From an uncultured delta proteobacterium (GTDB lineage Bacteria > Myxococcota_A > Polyangia > Polyangiales > Houyiibacteriaceae): DNA of 64,000 bases. A program made the translations under genes and the position numbers. Below, piece after piece: positions 28,739 to 39,185 of this stretch (position 1 is its first letter; each line of letters begins with the position of its first letter). Below the pieces are notes generated by a model that was not told the origin of the DNA, ran no database searches, and worked only from the letters and a program-made list of their open reading frames with translations. The stretch is taken from positions 1,568,001-1,632,000 of the forward strand of contig CAVOVB010000001.1 in NCBI GenBank assembly GCA_963699755.1, in the 5' to 3' direction.

Positions 28739-28851
28739 GACTGGTGGGCCGGAATCCACGCGTGAATGTAGCCAGCAGATCGTGGCAAAGGCAATAGCCG
28801 ATGAACCTCTGGCGCTACGTTCCAGATCGGATAAAGCTTCCGCCTCCATCC

Positions 28852-29523
28852 ATGCCGAACAACCCGAGCTCCCACACCGCGGCCTTTTTCGATCTCGATC
28901 GGACGCTGCTCGACATGAACAGCTCGACGCTTTGGGCCAAGCACGAGCTTCTCGCGGGCAGCATTTCGATTCGGCAGTTCGGCCGCGTGCTGGTTTGGAA
29001 CGTGCTCTATCATCTTTCGCTCATCGACATCGACACGGCATTCAAGGAAGCGGTTGGACACTATCGCGGAAGGTCGTACGAAGGGCTCGACGCGGAGACA
29101 CGCAACTGGTTCGCGCGCGAGGTCGCGCACCATCTTCGCCCCGGAGCCCGGTGCGCTCTGCGCGAGCACAGAGAGCAAGGGCATCATCTCGTTCTACTGA
29201 CCAGCGCATCCGCATTCGCGTCGCGCGCTGCGCGCGACACCTGGATGCTCGACGACTTCCTTGCCAACGACTTTCCGGCCGACGAGGAAGGGAGACTTCG
29301 CGGAACGTTCGTGCCCCCGCTTTGCCACGGGCCTGGAAAGGTCAAACGGGCGCGAGCTTGGGCCTCGGAGCGAAGCATCGACCTCGCCGACTGTTACTTC
29401 TATACCGACTCCTACAGCGACGCTCCCATGTTGAAGGCGGTTGGGTATCCTCGTGTCGTGAGTCCCGATCCGAGGTTGAAGCGTGCTGCCCGGCAACGAG
29501 GCTGGCCCATCCTGCAATGGTGA
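28852..29523 (+). CDS. HAD-IB family hydrolase
   Basis: AAFFDLDRTL, LLTSA, GPGK, FYTDSYSD.PML. Confidence 0.88.
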   Translation: MPNNPSSHTAAFFDLDRTLLDMNSSTLWAKHELLAGSISIRQFGRVLVWNVLYHLSLIDIDTAFKEAVGHYRGRSYEGLDAETRNWFAREVAHHLRPGARCALREHREQGHHLVLLTSASAFASRAARDTWMLDDFLANDFPADEEGRLRGTFVPPLCHGPGKVKRARAWASERSIDLADCYFYTDSYSDAPMLKAVGYPRVVSPDPRLKRAARQRGWPILQW

Positions 29524-30710
29524 GCACGACGCCCGGCTGGCTCGAAGGCTAGCGCTTGGCTCGCCTCGTCCATCGCTTCGGGCGGGAGGACACCTCGATC
29601 TTGGAAGCCCTCCAATGCCTCCCGGAACGCTTGTGCGCGACGGTTCTGAACGATGTGGCCACCGGGGAACTTGATGAGCTCGGTGCCGAAGTGGTCAGCG
29701 AGGCGGCGGCCGTGTTCCACGGTCGCGAGGCGATCGTACTCTCCTGAAACGATCGAGACGCGTTCTGGTCCGACCTTGGGCATGCGGCAGACCGGTGTGA
29801 TGGGAGCGAGCTGCTCGCGATAGCCTTCGTAGAGCGTTCGCTGGATGTCGCCGGTGCCTGGCACGAGGTCGTTGTCATTCATGACGTCGGCTACGCTACA
29901 GATCGGAATGTAGGCGAGCACGAAGTCGACGTCCGACGTGACCGTGGCCAGAAGAGACGCCGTGTAGCCACCGAGGCTCATGCCAACGACTCCGACGTGG
30001 CTTGCGCCCGCGTCTCGCATCGCGCGAATCGCGATCTGCAAGTCCCAGATGGCCTGACGGAAGCCTTCGATCGTGAAGGCCGTATCTTGCTGCGGCCACT
30101 CGGGTGGAAACGCGTGTCCGCGTCGCCCGTGGAAGGGGAGGGCAAAGAGCGAAACTCCAACCCCTTGGCGAAAGAACTCACGCATCGGCCATGCGACGCG
30201 TTCCATCAGATGGTGGCCGGACGAAAAGCCGTTCACGAGGATCGCCATCGGCTTCCCCTTGATCCGCAGATTCAGCGTCCGGAGCAGCGCGGTCTGGTTG
30301 TCTCGGTGACTCCGATACTCGCGTTTGACGTCTTTGAAGAGCAGCGGGTGGGCGCTGTGCCAACTCCATTCCGCATAGCCGACCCGCTGCGGCGCCAGCC
30401 AGCGTTTCCGGATGGCGATTCGCCCCGGGCTCGGGAAAAGATCGCGTGGGCGATGGCGGTACCGGCTGTAGTCATCGCTCGACGCAAACGCCGTCAGGTC
30501 GTGCACCAGCTCCGGAGGGTCTTTCAAATCCGACGGCTGAAGTTTGCTGATCTGAGAGACGAGGAAGCCGTCGACTCGGTACGCGAGCTTCGGAATCAGT
30601 CCTCTCGGCTTACCGATCGCTGCGAGCTCGGCGCCACCGCTCTTGAGAGAAATCCCGCTTGCTCTGCCAAGGTCCGGAGCATCCCAAGTTTGCTGAGCTT
30701 CACGCACCAT
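29412..30710 (-). CDS. Alpha/beta hydrolase
   Basis: LPFHGRR, GMSLGGY, YDRL, FPGGH. Confidence 0.8.
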   Translation of the reverse strand: MVREAQQTWDAPDLGRASGISLKSGGAELAAIGKPRGLIPKLAYRVDGFLVSQISKLQPSDLKDPPELVHDLTAFASSDDYSRYRHRPRDLFPSPGRIAIRKRWLAPQRVGYAEWSWHSAHPLLFKDVKREYRSHRDNQTALLRTLNLRIKGKPMAILVNGFSSGHHLMERVAWPMREFFRQGVGVSLFALPFHGRRGHAFPPEWPQQDTAFTIEGFRQAIWDLQIAIRAMRDAGASHVGVVGMSLGGYTASLLATVTSDVDFVLAYIPICSVADVMNDNDLVPGTGDIQRTLYEGYREQLAPITPVCRMPKVGPERVSIVSGEYDRLATVEHGRRLADHFGTELIKFPGGHIVQNRRAQAFREALEGFQDRGVLPPEAMDEASQALAFEPAGRRAHHCRMGQPRCRAARFNLGSGLTTRGYPTAFNMGASL

Positions 30711-30839
30711 CTTCGTCTAGGCCTATATCGGAACCGTGGATTCAGCGCAATGATTGTCGCCCATCGCCGATGAGCGCCGGGCGCAAGATTTGCGCGCGCG
30801 TGGCCACTCCGCGTTTCGGTAGTGGTAAGGTCAGACGAG

Positions 30840-31846
30840 ATGCGCGCAGCTCTTCTCGACAACCCCGCTCCGATCAGAAGGCATCCCCTGCGTCTCGGAG
30901 ATGTCGATGTTCCCGAGCCAGCAGCAGACGAGGTGCGGATCAAAGTACATGCCTGCGGCGTCTGCCGAACCGATCTCCACGTCGTCGAAGGCGATCTCGA
31001 ACCGCAGCGCACACCGATTATTCCGGGTCACCAGGTCGTCGGTACCATCGAATCGCTCGGCTCGCTCCGTGACGGATCAGCAAATCGGCGCGCGGGTCGG
31101 CGTTGCCTGGCTGCACCGCACCTGCGGTTGCTGCTCGTTTTGCACGAGCCAGCGCGAAAACCTCTGCGACTCCCCCGAGTTCACCGGCTGGACCGTTCAC
31201 GGAGGCTTCGCGGAATACCTGGTGGCGCCGGCGAGCTTCACCTACCCACTGCCCGACGGCTTTTCGGACCTGCAAGCGGCGCCCCTCCTTTGCGCTGGCA
31301 TCATCGGCTACCGCTGTCTGTCGAAGACCGGCATCGACGACTGGTCGGGTGCACGCCTCGGGCTCTACGGGTTCGGCGCCGCGGGGCACGTCGCGATCCA
31401 GATCGCGAGAGCGCGCGGAGCCGAGGTCTACGTCTGCACCCGCGATCGTGAACAGCATCAGGCCCTCGCCGAAGAGCTCGGCGCGGTCTGGACGGGCGGC
31501 ACGATGGACAAGCCCCCGGTTGCGCTCGATGCCGGCATCATCTTCGCGCCCGCGGGCGAGATCGTGCCCGCCGCGCTCTCGCACCTCGACAAGGGCGGCA
31601 CCCTCGTGCTTGGCGGCATTCACATGAGCCCGATTCCCAGAGCTCCCGTACGAGCTTCTTTATCGCGAGCGCGTCGTTCGCAGTGTAGCCAACAACACCC
31701 GGGCGGACGGACTCGCGTTCCTCCAAGAGGCCGCAGCAGTCCCCGTGCGGACGCATGTCGAGACATTTCCACTCGAGAATGCCAACGAAGCGCTCGAACG
31801 CCTTAAGCACGATGGAATTCGAGGCGCGGCCGTGCTGACGGTTTAA
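30840..31846 (+). pseudogene. Zn-dependent alcohol dehydrogenase with two frameshifts (possibly sequencing errors)
   Basis: [23 protein letters not shown]...ENLC, GFGAAG spread over three frames; shifts near 31070 and 31640. Confidence 0.8.
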
Positions 31847-31848
31847 CG

Positions 31849-31878
31849 AAAAACGCCGCGCTCCGAAGAACGCGGCGT
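31849..31878 (-). terminator. Intrinsic terminator after glnII (possibly bidirectional)
   Basis: ACGCCGCG/CGCGGCGT stem with adjacent A-run between convergent genes. Confidence 0.6.
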
Positions 31879-31901
31879 CATTCTGATCAGGCGCGAGCGC
31901 T

Positions 31902-32945
31902 TTACTCAGCGACCTCTGCCATCAGGCGCGCGACAATGTACGGGTCGATGTTCGCGCAAGGGCGACGGTCTTCGAGGTAACCCTTGCCGTCGAGATCGGT
32001 CGCCATCGGGATACGAATCGAAGCGCCACGGTCGGACACGCCGTACTTGAACTCCCGGAAGGACGCGGTTTCGTGTGCCCCTGTGAGACGCTCCTCGAGG
32101 CCGGCACCGTAGTGCTTCAGATGCAGCGCGATACGCTCGGGCTGGCCGAGTTTCTCACAGTACTCGTGAATGATCTTCAAGCCGCCATCTTCACGCATCG
32201 CCTTGGTGCTGAAGTTGGTGTGGCAGCCGGCACCGTTCCAGTCGCCCTTGGCAGGCTTGGCGTCGTAGGAGATGTCCACGCCGAAGGTCTCCGCGATTCG
32301 GCCGAGGAGGTAGCGCGCCATGTACATGTGGTCTCCGACTTCGGTGACGCCTGCCGGTCCGATCTGAAACTCCCACTGGCCGGGCATGACCTCGGCGTTG
32401 ATGCCTGAGATCTTCAGGCCGGCCTTGATGCACGCGTCCATGTGTTCTTCGACGATCTCGCGGCCAAACACGTACTCGGCGCCAACGCCGCAGTAGTACG
32501 GGCCCTGGGGCCCGGGGTAGCCGCCCTCGGGGAAGCCGAGCGGATAACCGTCCTTCATCATCGTGTATTCCTGCTCCATGCCGTACCAGCAATCGAGATC
32601 CTTCAGGCGTTTCTCGGTGTCCTGCGCAGCGCGGCGCGTATTGCTCGGATGCGGGGTTCCACCGTGCGTCACGACCTCGCAGAGCACGAGGATGTTGTCG
32701 CCGCCTCGGAGTGGATCGCGACACGCGAACACTGGGAACAGCTGGCAGTCGGAGTCATCGCCGGTCGCCTGGTTGGTGCTCGACCCATCGAAGCCCCAGT
32801 TTGGCAGGGCGGCAACACCGGTGATCGCACCGAGAACCTTCTCGATCAGACTCGCCTCGAGCATTCGCGTCTTCGAGCGAAGAAGCGGGGTCGGCTCCGT
32901 TCCGTCGATCCAGATGTATTCAGCCTTGATGATACTCATCGTCAC
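31902..32945 (-). CDS. glnII: Glutamine synthetase type II
   Basis: AEYIWIDG, LRSKTR, WGFDGSST, GPYYCGVG, NAEVMPGQWEFQIG, GDWNGAGCH, RLTGAHET, YLEDRRP; 347 aa. Confidence 0.93.
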   Translation of the reverse strand: MTMSIIKAEYIWIDGTEPTPLLRSKTRMLEASLIEKVLGAITGVAALPNWGFDGSSTNQATGDDSDCQLFPVFACRDPLRGGDNILVLCEVVTHGGTPHPSNTRRAAQDTEKRLKDLDCWYGMEQEYTMMKDGYPLGFPEGGYPGPQGPYYCGVGAEYVFGREIVEEHMDACIKAGLKISGINAEVMPGQWEFQIGPAGVTEVGDHMYMARYLLGRIAETFGVDISYDAKPAKGDWNGAGCHTNFSTKAMREDGGLKIIHEYCEKLGQPERIALHLKHYGAGLEERLTGAHETASFREFKYGVSDRGASIRIPMATDLDGKGYLEDRRPCANIDPYIVARLMAEVAE

Positions 32946-33355
32946 TACTCCTAAAGATGTTCGCGTCGCCGGGGCACCCGCGAGCTGACTCGGCGGTAGA
33001 CCACGGGGTTGACTCCAGGCCGGTGATTTGCCGTACCTGAGAGCTCGTTGCGGGATCTGTGGCTCGCCATTGTTTCCAAAAGGTTTCCGACCCCTTTCCT
33101 AGAAGAAAAAAGGGCCTTCGGAGACCGCCTCCAGAAGCGGATTTCGACGGCTGCGCGCCTCCTCGGCCGGTCTGCAGGGCCGAGGCTGTGCTACTGCACC
33201 CAGGATGGCCGGGGCAGCGTGGTTGCGCATTCGTCTAACTAACTCGGAACCATTAGTGAATCACCGGACACGGACATTCGACCCGATTTGCAGCCGCTAC
33301 AGGGCGAGTGTAGAATGTTGGCATAGTTGGCTTTTTCATGTTGGGGAGTTCGTAA

Positions 33356-34651
33356 ATGCGTAAGTCGCTTTCGATTGTGTTCGTAGGCTTGAGTGGTCTG
33401 GCCCTTCTCGCCTGTGGTGGAGACGGTAGCGGATCCTCGCAGCGGTACCGGTGGTACCGGTGGCGTGGTCCTCAGCTGCGCAAGCTTGGTGGCTACCCCC
33501 GCCGACTGCGACAAGGCCTGCTCTTCGGACTCGCAGTGCGAGGCAAGCTTCTGTCAGAACAGCAAGTGTGTCGCGAACTGCACCGCGACCGAAGGCTGTG
33601 GCGCCGGCTCGACCTGCAACACGACACGGGGTCGTTGCGTGCCCGATGTGGGTACCGGCGGTACGGGCGGCACCGGCAACTCGGGCGGCAATGGCTGTCA
33701 GTCGGTGACGATCACACCCACACGAAGCATTCCGAACATCATGTTTCTCGTCGATCAGAGCGGCGTCGATGACCGCCAACTTTGGCGGGGGCGAGGACCG
33801 CTGGGAAGCGGCGCACACTGCGATCACTGGGATCGTCGTCGGACCCACTCGATGACATCGTCCGCTTTGGGTTGACGACTTATACGTCGCGGAACGGATT
33901 CCAAAACGGTCGTACTTGCCCGCGTCTCCCGACGCAGATCGATTTCGCCTTCGACAACTCTGCGACCTTCGAAAGCCAATATCCCTATACCTATCCGTCG
34001 GCCGACGGGGAGGACACACCAACTGGCGATAGCATCGACCTGCTGGTGAGCTCAGATACTGCCGAACCTGCCGGATGACGGCCCAACGATCATTGTGCTT
34101 GCGACCGACGGTCTGCCGGACTCCTGTGAGTGCGCCGACAATTGGCCCAACCCGATCGATAATTCCAACGAATACTGCGAGTCTGGAGCGACCGACCCAC
34201 AAATCGAGGCTGTCAACGCTGCGGCCGCAGCACATGCCGCGGGCATCGACGTCTTCCCCCTCTGGGTGGGTGACCTGAGCGAGAGCCCAACCGACCCCAC
34301 TCGGGTGCACATGCAGGCCGTCGCGAACGCGGGCGTCGGCGGCACCGGCACCGTCTGGGTCGGCGATGATCCAGCGAGCCTCTCCACTGCCTTCCAAAGC
34401 ATCGTGAGCGACAGCATCTCGTGCGACATCCAGATGGACAAGCGCTTCGACGACAAGGAGCAAGGCTTGCAAGGACGGTGACGTGACGTTCAGGGCTCAA
34501 CGACGTGAGCCGCTGAGCTGCCCGATCAATGGCGCGTGAAGCCGGGCGTCGACGACGTGATCGAGCTGGTCGGCAGGCTTGCGACACGTTCAAGAGCGGC
34601 GACGTGACCTTCTCGGCCGAGTTCCCGTGCGGCGCCATCGTTGTCGAGTAG
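33356..34651 (+). pseudogene. Cys-rich vWA-domain lipoprotein with multiple frameshifts
   Basis: Lipobox LLAC, GTGG linkers, Cys repeats, PNIMFLVDQS (MIDAS), VLATDGLPDSC, in different frames. Confidence 0.7.
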
Positions 34652-34654
34652 CGG

Positions 34655-36104
34655 TTACTCGGGCAGCTTGATCTCGAGCTCTTTTCGGGCACCCGCTTCG
34701 ACCCGGACGACTCTCGTTTGGCTAGGTAGCTCTCGACCCGCTTTGACGACGTGCTGCCTTTGGAGAGGCGCGCCTTGACGGGGGCTCTTCCCATGAAGGC
34801 TCCGTCGATCCAAACATTGCCCCAGGGCTGAACGAACACATGGACCCAGCCTTTGCCCGCAGCGGGACCGGCGGCGCTGGCGCTGGCGCTGGCGCTGGCG
34901 CTGGCACTGACGCTGGCACTGACGCTGGCACTGACTCTGGCGCTGGCACTGACGCTGGCGCTGACTCTGGCACTGGCAGTGACGCTGCCACCGACCCCGG
35001 CACCGGAGCTTGCCGTTCGAGCCATCGCGCACCTGTGACGGCTGCGACGATGCTCAAGACCAATGCGCTCGCCTAGCAGGATGGCGCGTGCGGTCTTCCG
35101 GGGCTTGCGCACGCTCAGCGGTGCGATTTTCGCGTTCTCCCATTGGCGCGAAACCCGGCGGACGGCTCAGCTCCGTGTCCCGTTCTTCTTCACGGGCGCG
35201 CACGTGCATCCTGGCCTTTGGACCCCCTCGGTGGCTTTCGACCGTCGACGCAAGCTGCCATCGCAACGATGGAGGAGGCGACACGGCCCCGAGCTCTTCG
35301 ATCAAACGAGCCGCGCTCGGCGTGCGCGCTGCGGGGTCGACCTCGAGCAATCGCTCGATGATTTCTCGAAGCTCCTCCGGCGCATTCGGTGCGACCTCCT
35401 TCAATGAGATTCGGTCGCCCTCCAAAATCTTCTGCATGGTCTCGACGTCATGCGCCCCGTCGAATGGGCGCACCCCGGCCAGCGCCTCGAAGAGAACCAC
35501 GCCGAGTGAGAATAGATCTGCTCGCCCGTCGACAGCCTCGCCGCGCATGTGTTCGGGCGACATGTACGGGACCTTGCCTCTCGCGCTGCGGCTTGCGGTT
35601 GCTTTCGCGTCGTCGAGCGCCTTGGCGATCCCGAAATCGGCCAGCTTTGCCTCACCCGAGCGGCTGAGCAAGATGTTCGAGGGTGAGATGTCGCGATGGA
35701 CGAGGCTTCCGTGCGCATGTTCGAGCGCGTAAGCGAGGTCCATACCAATCAACGCGACCGTATCCGGGGAGAGTTTCTCGCGAGGCAGACGATTTCAGAA
35801 GAGAGCGAAGGTCCAGGCCGTCGACGAGCTCCAGCGTCATGTAGTGGACGCCGCCGATGTCGCCCACGTCGATGACGCCGACGATGTTCGTATGCCGAAG
35901 CTGTGCGGCAAGCACTGCCTCGCGCCGGAATCGCGAGACGAACTCCAGGTCGTCGCTGAACGCCGGCAGAACTCGCTTCAAGCAAACACGCTGCTCAAAT
36001 CCACCCGCTCCAATGCGCGTTGCTTCGAAGGTCTCGGCCATCCCACCTACGCCGAGACGGCGCAGCAAGTAATAGGGACCAAACTCTCGTGGCTCACCGG
36101 CCAT
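34655..36104 (-). pseudogene. Ser/Thr protein kinase with TM, Pro/Ala linker and PEGA-like C-terminus; frameshifted
   Basis: LGVGGMA, CLKR, HRDISPSN, DFGIAK, YMSPE; C-terminal QPWGNVWIDG; several frame changes. Confidence 0.8.
34872..34990. repeat. Hexamer-based low-complexity repeat (GGCGCT/GGCACT/GACGCT)
   Basis: Seen directly; encodes the PAPV/PAS linker of the kinase. Confidence 0.85.
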
Positions 36105-36157
36105 TGCCCGGGAACACTAGCACCATCGCAAAAGCACTGGCGCGGTGATGACGGGCG

Positions 36158-37558
36158 ATGCAAGGTCCCCCGCCGCTGATGAAATCCGCGTCAGGTCCAT
36201 TTAAGAGCATCGACCGCACCATCTTCCGGCGCCTCTTCGACCTGGCGATGCCGATCGTCGGTTTGAATCTGCTCAGCGTCCTCACCTTGGCGGTTGACAC
36301 CGCGATGTGCGGTCGTTTGGTCGATGCCGAGGAAGCGCTGACGGCACTCGGCTTTGCGGGTCAGCTCGTCTTTTTGCTGATGGTGGCGATGCTCGGGCTG
36401 ACGGTGGGAACGGTCGCTTTCATCTCCCGTGCCCACGGAGCCCGTCAGTCCGATCGCATCAACCACGTTCTTCACCAAAGCATCCTTCTCACCTACCTCG
36501 TGTCGATTGCTGTGGCGATCGTCGGAAACCTCGCCGCCGGACAGATCATGGAGTGGCTCGGCGCCGAAGCAGGAGTGCGCGATCTCGCGGTGAGCTACCT
36601 GCGCCCACTTCTTTCACTCACCGTATTCTTCTACTTGAACATGTTGTTCGCGGCGGCTCTGCGCGCGGTCGGCAACACCATGCTGCCGTTCATGATCGCG
36701 CTACTGAGCAACCTCATCAACATCGTGTTGAACTACGGCCTGATCTTGGGGCGCCTTGGATTTCCCGCCATGGGTGTCCGCGGCGCGGCCTGGGGTACCG
36801 TCATCTCCCAGGCCGTTGCAGTCATCTTGATGGTGCTCATCTTGAGGCGTGACGTCGTCTATGGTGTTCGTGCTCGTCTCGGCTTGGCACGGCTTGATCA
36901 GCCGCTCGCCCGCGATCTCTTTCGCATTGGAGCGCCGGCCGCGCTCGACATGCTGGTGCTCAACATCGCGTTTCTCTCTGTCGTCGGAATGCTGGCGCGG
37001 GTGGCGCAGGTGGCCGTCGCAGCCCACGGCGTTGGGCTGAGAGTTCAGTCTCTGGCGTTCGTGCCCGGGCTCGGAGTCTCGCAGGCCATTGGGGCGATGG
37101 TCGGAAATGCGCTTGGGGCCGGCGACGAGCCTGAGGCGCGTCAAGTCGTCCACGGTGGCATCATCCTGTCGACGGCAATCATGACGTTTCTCGGCTTGTC
37201 GATCGTGTTCGGCGCGACGCCGATTATTGCGATTTTCGATATCGTCCCCGCGACCGAGCTGGGCCGCTATTCGATCCTCTGGATGCAGGTCCTCGGTTGG
37301 GGCATGCCGGTTGTCGGTATCCACATCGCGCTCATCGGAATGCTCCGCGGCGCCGGCGCGACCAGCACCAGCCTGATGATCAACATCGTCGGCACGCTCA
37401 TCATTCAGGTCCCGCTCAGCTGGTTCCTCGGTTTCGTCGTGGGCTGGGACGCGTTTGGGATCTGGGTCGCCGTCCCCATTTCGTTCTTTGTTCGTATGTT
37501 CCTCGGTATTCTCGCCTATCGGCGCGGGGACTGGGCGCGAGCGGGCGCAACCCTCTGA
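36158..37558 (+). CDS. MATE family efflux transporter
   Basis: LAMPI, VDTAMCGRL, LRAVGNT..P, MGVRGAAWGT, 12-TM pattern. Confidence 0.92.
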   Translation: MQGPPPLMKSASGPFKSIDRTIFRRLFDLAMPIVGLNLLSVLTLAVDTAMCGRLVDAEEALTALGFAGQLVFLLMVAMLGLTVGTVAFISRAHGARQSDRINHVLHQSILLTYLVSIAVAIVGNLAAGQIMEWLGAEAGVRDLAVSYLRPLLSLTVFFYLNMLFAAALRAVGNTMLPFMIALLSNLINIVLNYGLILGRLGFPAMGVRGAAWGTVISQAVAVILMVLILRRDVVYGVRARLGLARLDQPLARDLFRIGAPAALDMLVLNIAFLSVVGMLARVAQVAVAAHGVGLRVQSLAFVPGLGVSQAIGAMVGNALGAGDEPEARQVVHGGIILSTAIMTFLGLSIVFGATPIIAIFDIVPATELGRYSILWMQVLGWGMPVVGIHIALIGMLRGAGATSTSLMINIVGTLIIQVPLSWFLGFVVGWDAFGIWVAVPISFFVRMFLGILAYRRGDWARAGATL

Positions 37559-37609
37559 TGGGACTCGGCTGAGCAGGGATTTCTCTGCGCCCGGCTCTTT
37601 TGGTAACCT

Positions 37610-38086
37610 GTGGCCATGTTCAACGCCTTGATTAGGGCGGTGTATCGGGTGGCGCATTGGGGGTTACGGCTTCTGTGGTTCATTCGACGGCCGGAGACGA
37701 CCGGAGCGCTTGTGGCGGTCTGGCACCACGGCCGAGTCCTGCTCGTGAAGAACTCCTACCGAGCTCAGCTCACCTTGCCGGGCGGTTACATCCGACCCCG
37801 TGAAGATCGCCGTACTGCGGCGGCACGCGAGCTCCGCGAAGAGGTCGGCATCAACGTGCAGCCTAAGCGACTGGTCCACGCCTACCACGGCACGCATGTG
37901 TTCGAGCACCGCCAAGACACGCTCGACATCTACGAGCTCGAGGTGGAAGCCGAGCCGAACGTGCAAGTCGACAACCGCGAGGTCGTTCGGGCAGAGTTCG
38001 TCAAGCCCGACGAAGCGCTGAGCATGCAGATCGTGCCCCACCTCGACGAATATCTCTCGAAACGAATCGCGCGGGCGACGCATTGA
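37610..38086 (+). CDS. NUDIX hydrolase
   Basis: LPGG.....EDRRTAAARELREEVGI Nudix box. Confidence 0.9.
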   Translation: MAMFNALIRAVYRVAHWGLRLLWFIRRPETTGALVAVWHHGRVLLVKNSYRAQLTLPGGYIRPREDRRTAAARELREEVGINVQPKRLVHAYHGTHVFEHRQDTLDIYELEVEAEPNVQVDNREVVRAEFVKPDEALSMQIVPHLDEYLSKRIARATH

Positions 38087-38721
38087 GCCCGGTGAATCCG
38101 CATGAGGCGCTTCGGCGTGAGGCGCTCCGACTCCACGAGCGCTACCAACGCGAGCTCATCGAGCGCTTTTCGGTTTGTCCCTGGGCGAAGCCAGCGCGAG
38201 CCGAGGGCCGCATTCGCGCACACGTCGTGACCAGCGTATCCTGCAGCCCCGAAGAGCTAGCTCCGATACTGGCCGGTTGGGTGGGCGACCATGCCGTCGA
38301 CGTCGCTTTCGTGATCGCCCCACGCTTCACGGCAGGGGCGGACGCCTTTGCGGACTGGGCGACGTCGCTGGCTGAGCAACAGGGCCGCGTCTTTCTAACC
38401 GCGCCGTTCTACCCGAGCGCTTCCCCATGTGCGGGTTCGATCCAGTATCTGCGGCAAGCACCCGACCCCACCGTTCAACTGGTCCGAAGAAAGCGTCTCG
38501 AAGAGATCCGAGCGCAAGACCCCCCACACTACGCCGATATCTTCGAGCTCGATATGCAGGATCTGAAGACGAAGAAGCCTCCGCAAAGCGTCGCCGCTTC
38601 GGTCGTTTCGCACAACGAGCGAATGATCGAACGCGAGGGAAGGGCAGAGATCCAGGGGATCTTGGATGATATTCGCGGGGACCGGGAGCGGAGCTATGCC
38701 CGGTTGATGCCGTTGCTGTGA
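38083..38721 (+). CDS. Hypothetical protein (DUF1415-like)
   Basis: VCPWA, PFYP, RQAPDPTVQLVR, HNER motifs. Confidence 0.55.
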   Translation: MSPVNPHEALRREALRLHERYQRELIERFSVCPWAKPARAEGRIRAHVVTSVSCSPEELAPILAGWVGDHAVDVAFVIAPRFTAGADAFADWATSLAEQQGRVFLTAPFYPSASPCAGSIQYLRQAPDPTVQLVRRKRLEEIRAQDPPHYADIFELDMQDLKTKKPPQSVAASVVSHNERMIEREGRAEIQGILDDIRGDRERSYARLMPLL

Positions 38722-38830
38722 TGGGGGCAGGGCTTTGGGGCGGGCGTCAGTGTTTGGCTTGGATGTCACCGTTCGGCTTGTGCTGCCGCCGGTGACCGTG
38801 CGGGCGGGGGGTGAGCTGCTTGCGTGGTTA

Positions 38831-38948
38831 GGTTTAGTTACACCGCCCGCCCACCCCCACCCGTAGTCCTCCCTGCCGCGCCTGGCGCTTCGCTTAGGCT
38901 TGGCGGTGCTTCGCGCCGGGCTTCGCCCTTCGGGCTCGCGCTGCCGCC
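38831..38948 (+). repeat. Intergenic structured repeat, copy 1
   Basis: GGTTTAGTTACACCGCCCGCCCACCCCCACCCGTA.TCCTCCC head plus CTTCG-loop hairpins; homologous to 41505-41623 and 52958-53140. Confidence 0.9.
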
Positions 38949-38987
38949 TGCCGGTTGGGAAGGTTGTTGGTCATGTCTACGTATGGA

Positions 38988-39173
38988 GGGGCGCGGGGAA
39001 ACGCGATGCGGGGGTTCGGCGGCGTGTGAGTGACAATCGGCAAGACAGCAGCCAGCCCCGATTGGCGCGAGCTCCGAGGGGCGCCTTGCGTGGCCCCAGG
39101 CCCCAAGCTCCTCCGGCCACCTTTGCAAGGCGCCCCGTCCGTCGAACCCCCGCGTCGCGTTTCCCCGCGCCCC
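38988..39173. repeat. Long terminal-inverted-repeat element (MITE-like or structured RNA)
   Basis: 35-bp arms at 38988-39022 and 39139-39173 (2 mismatches); internal GGGGCGCCTTGC/GCAAGGCGCCCC stem. Confidence 0.8.
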
Positions 39174-39185
39174 GGTATTCCAGCG

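Noticed and set aside
33036..33134. Glycine-riboswitch-like words (GGAG, CCGAAG, CTCTCAGG) upstream of glnII
   Set aside because: GGAGA is imperfect, P2 is absent and P3 pairing fails; would need an Infernal RF00504 hit
34872..34990. Hexamer repeat as a phase-variation locus
   Set aside because: Unit is a multiple of 3 and encodes an ordinary Pro/Ala linker
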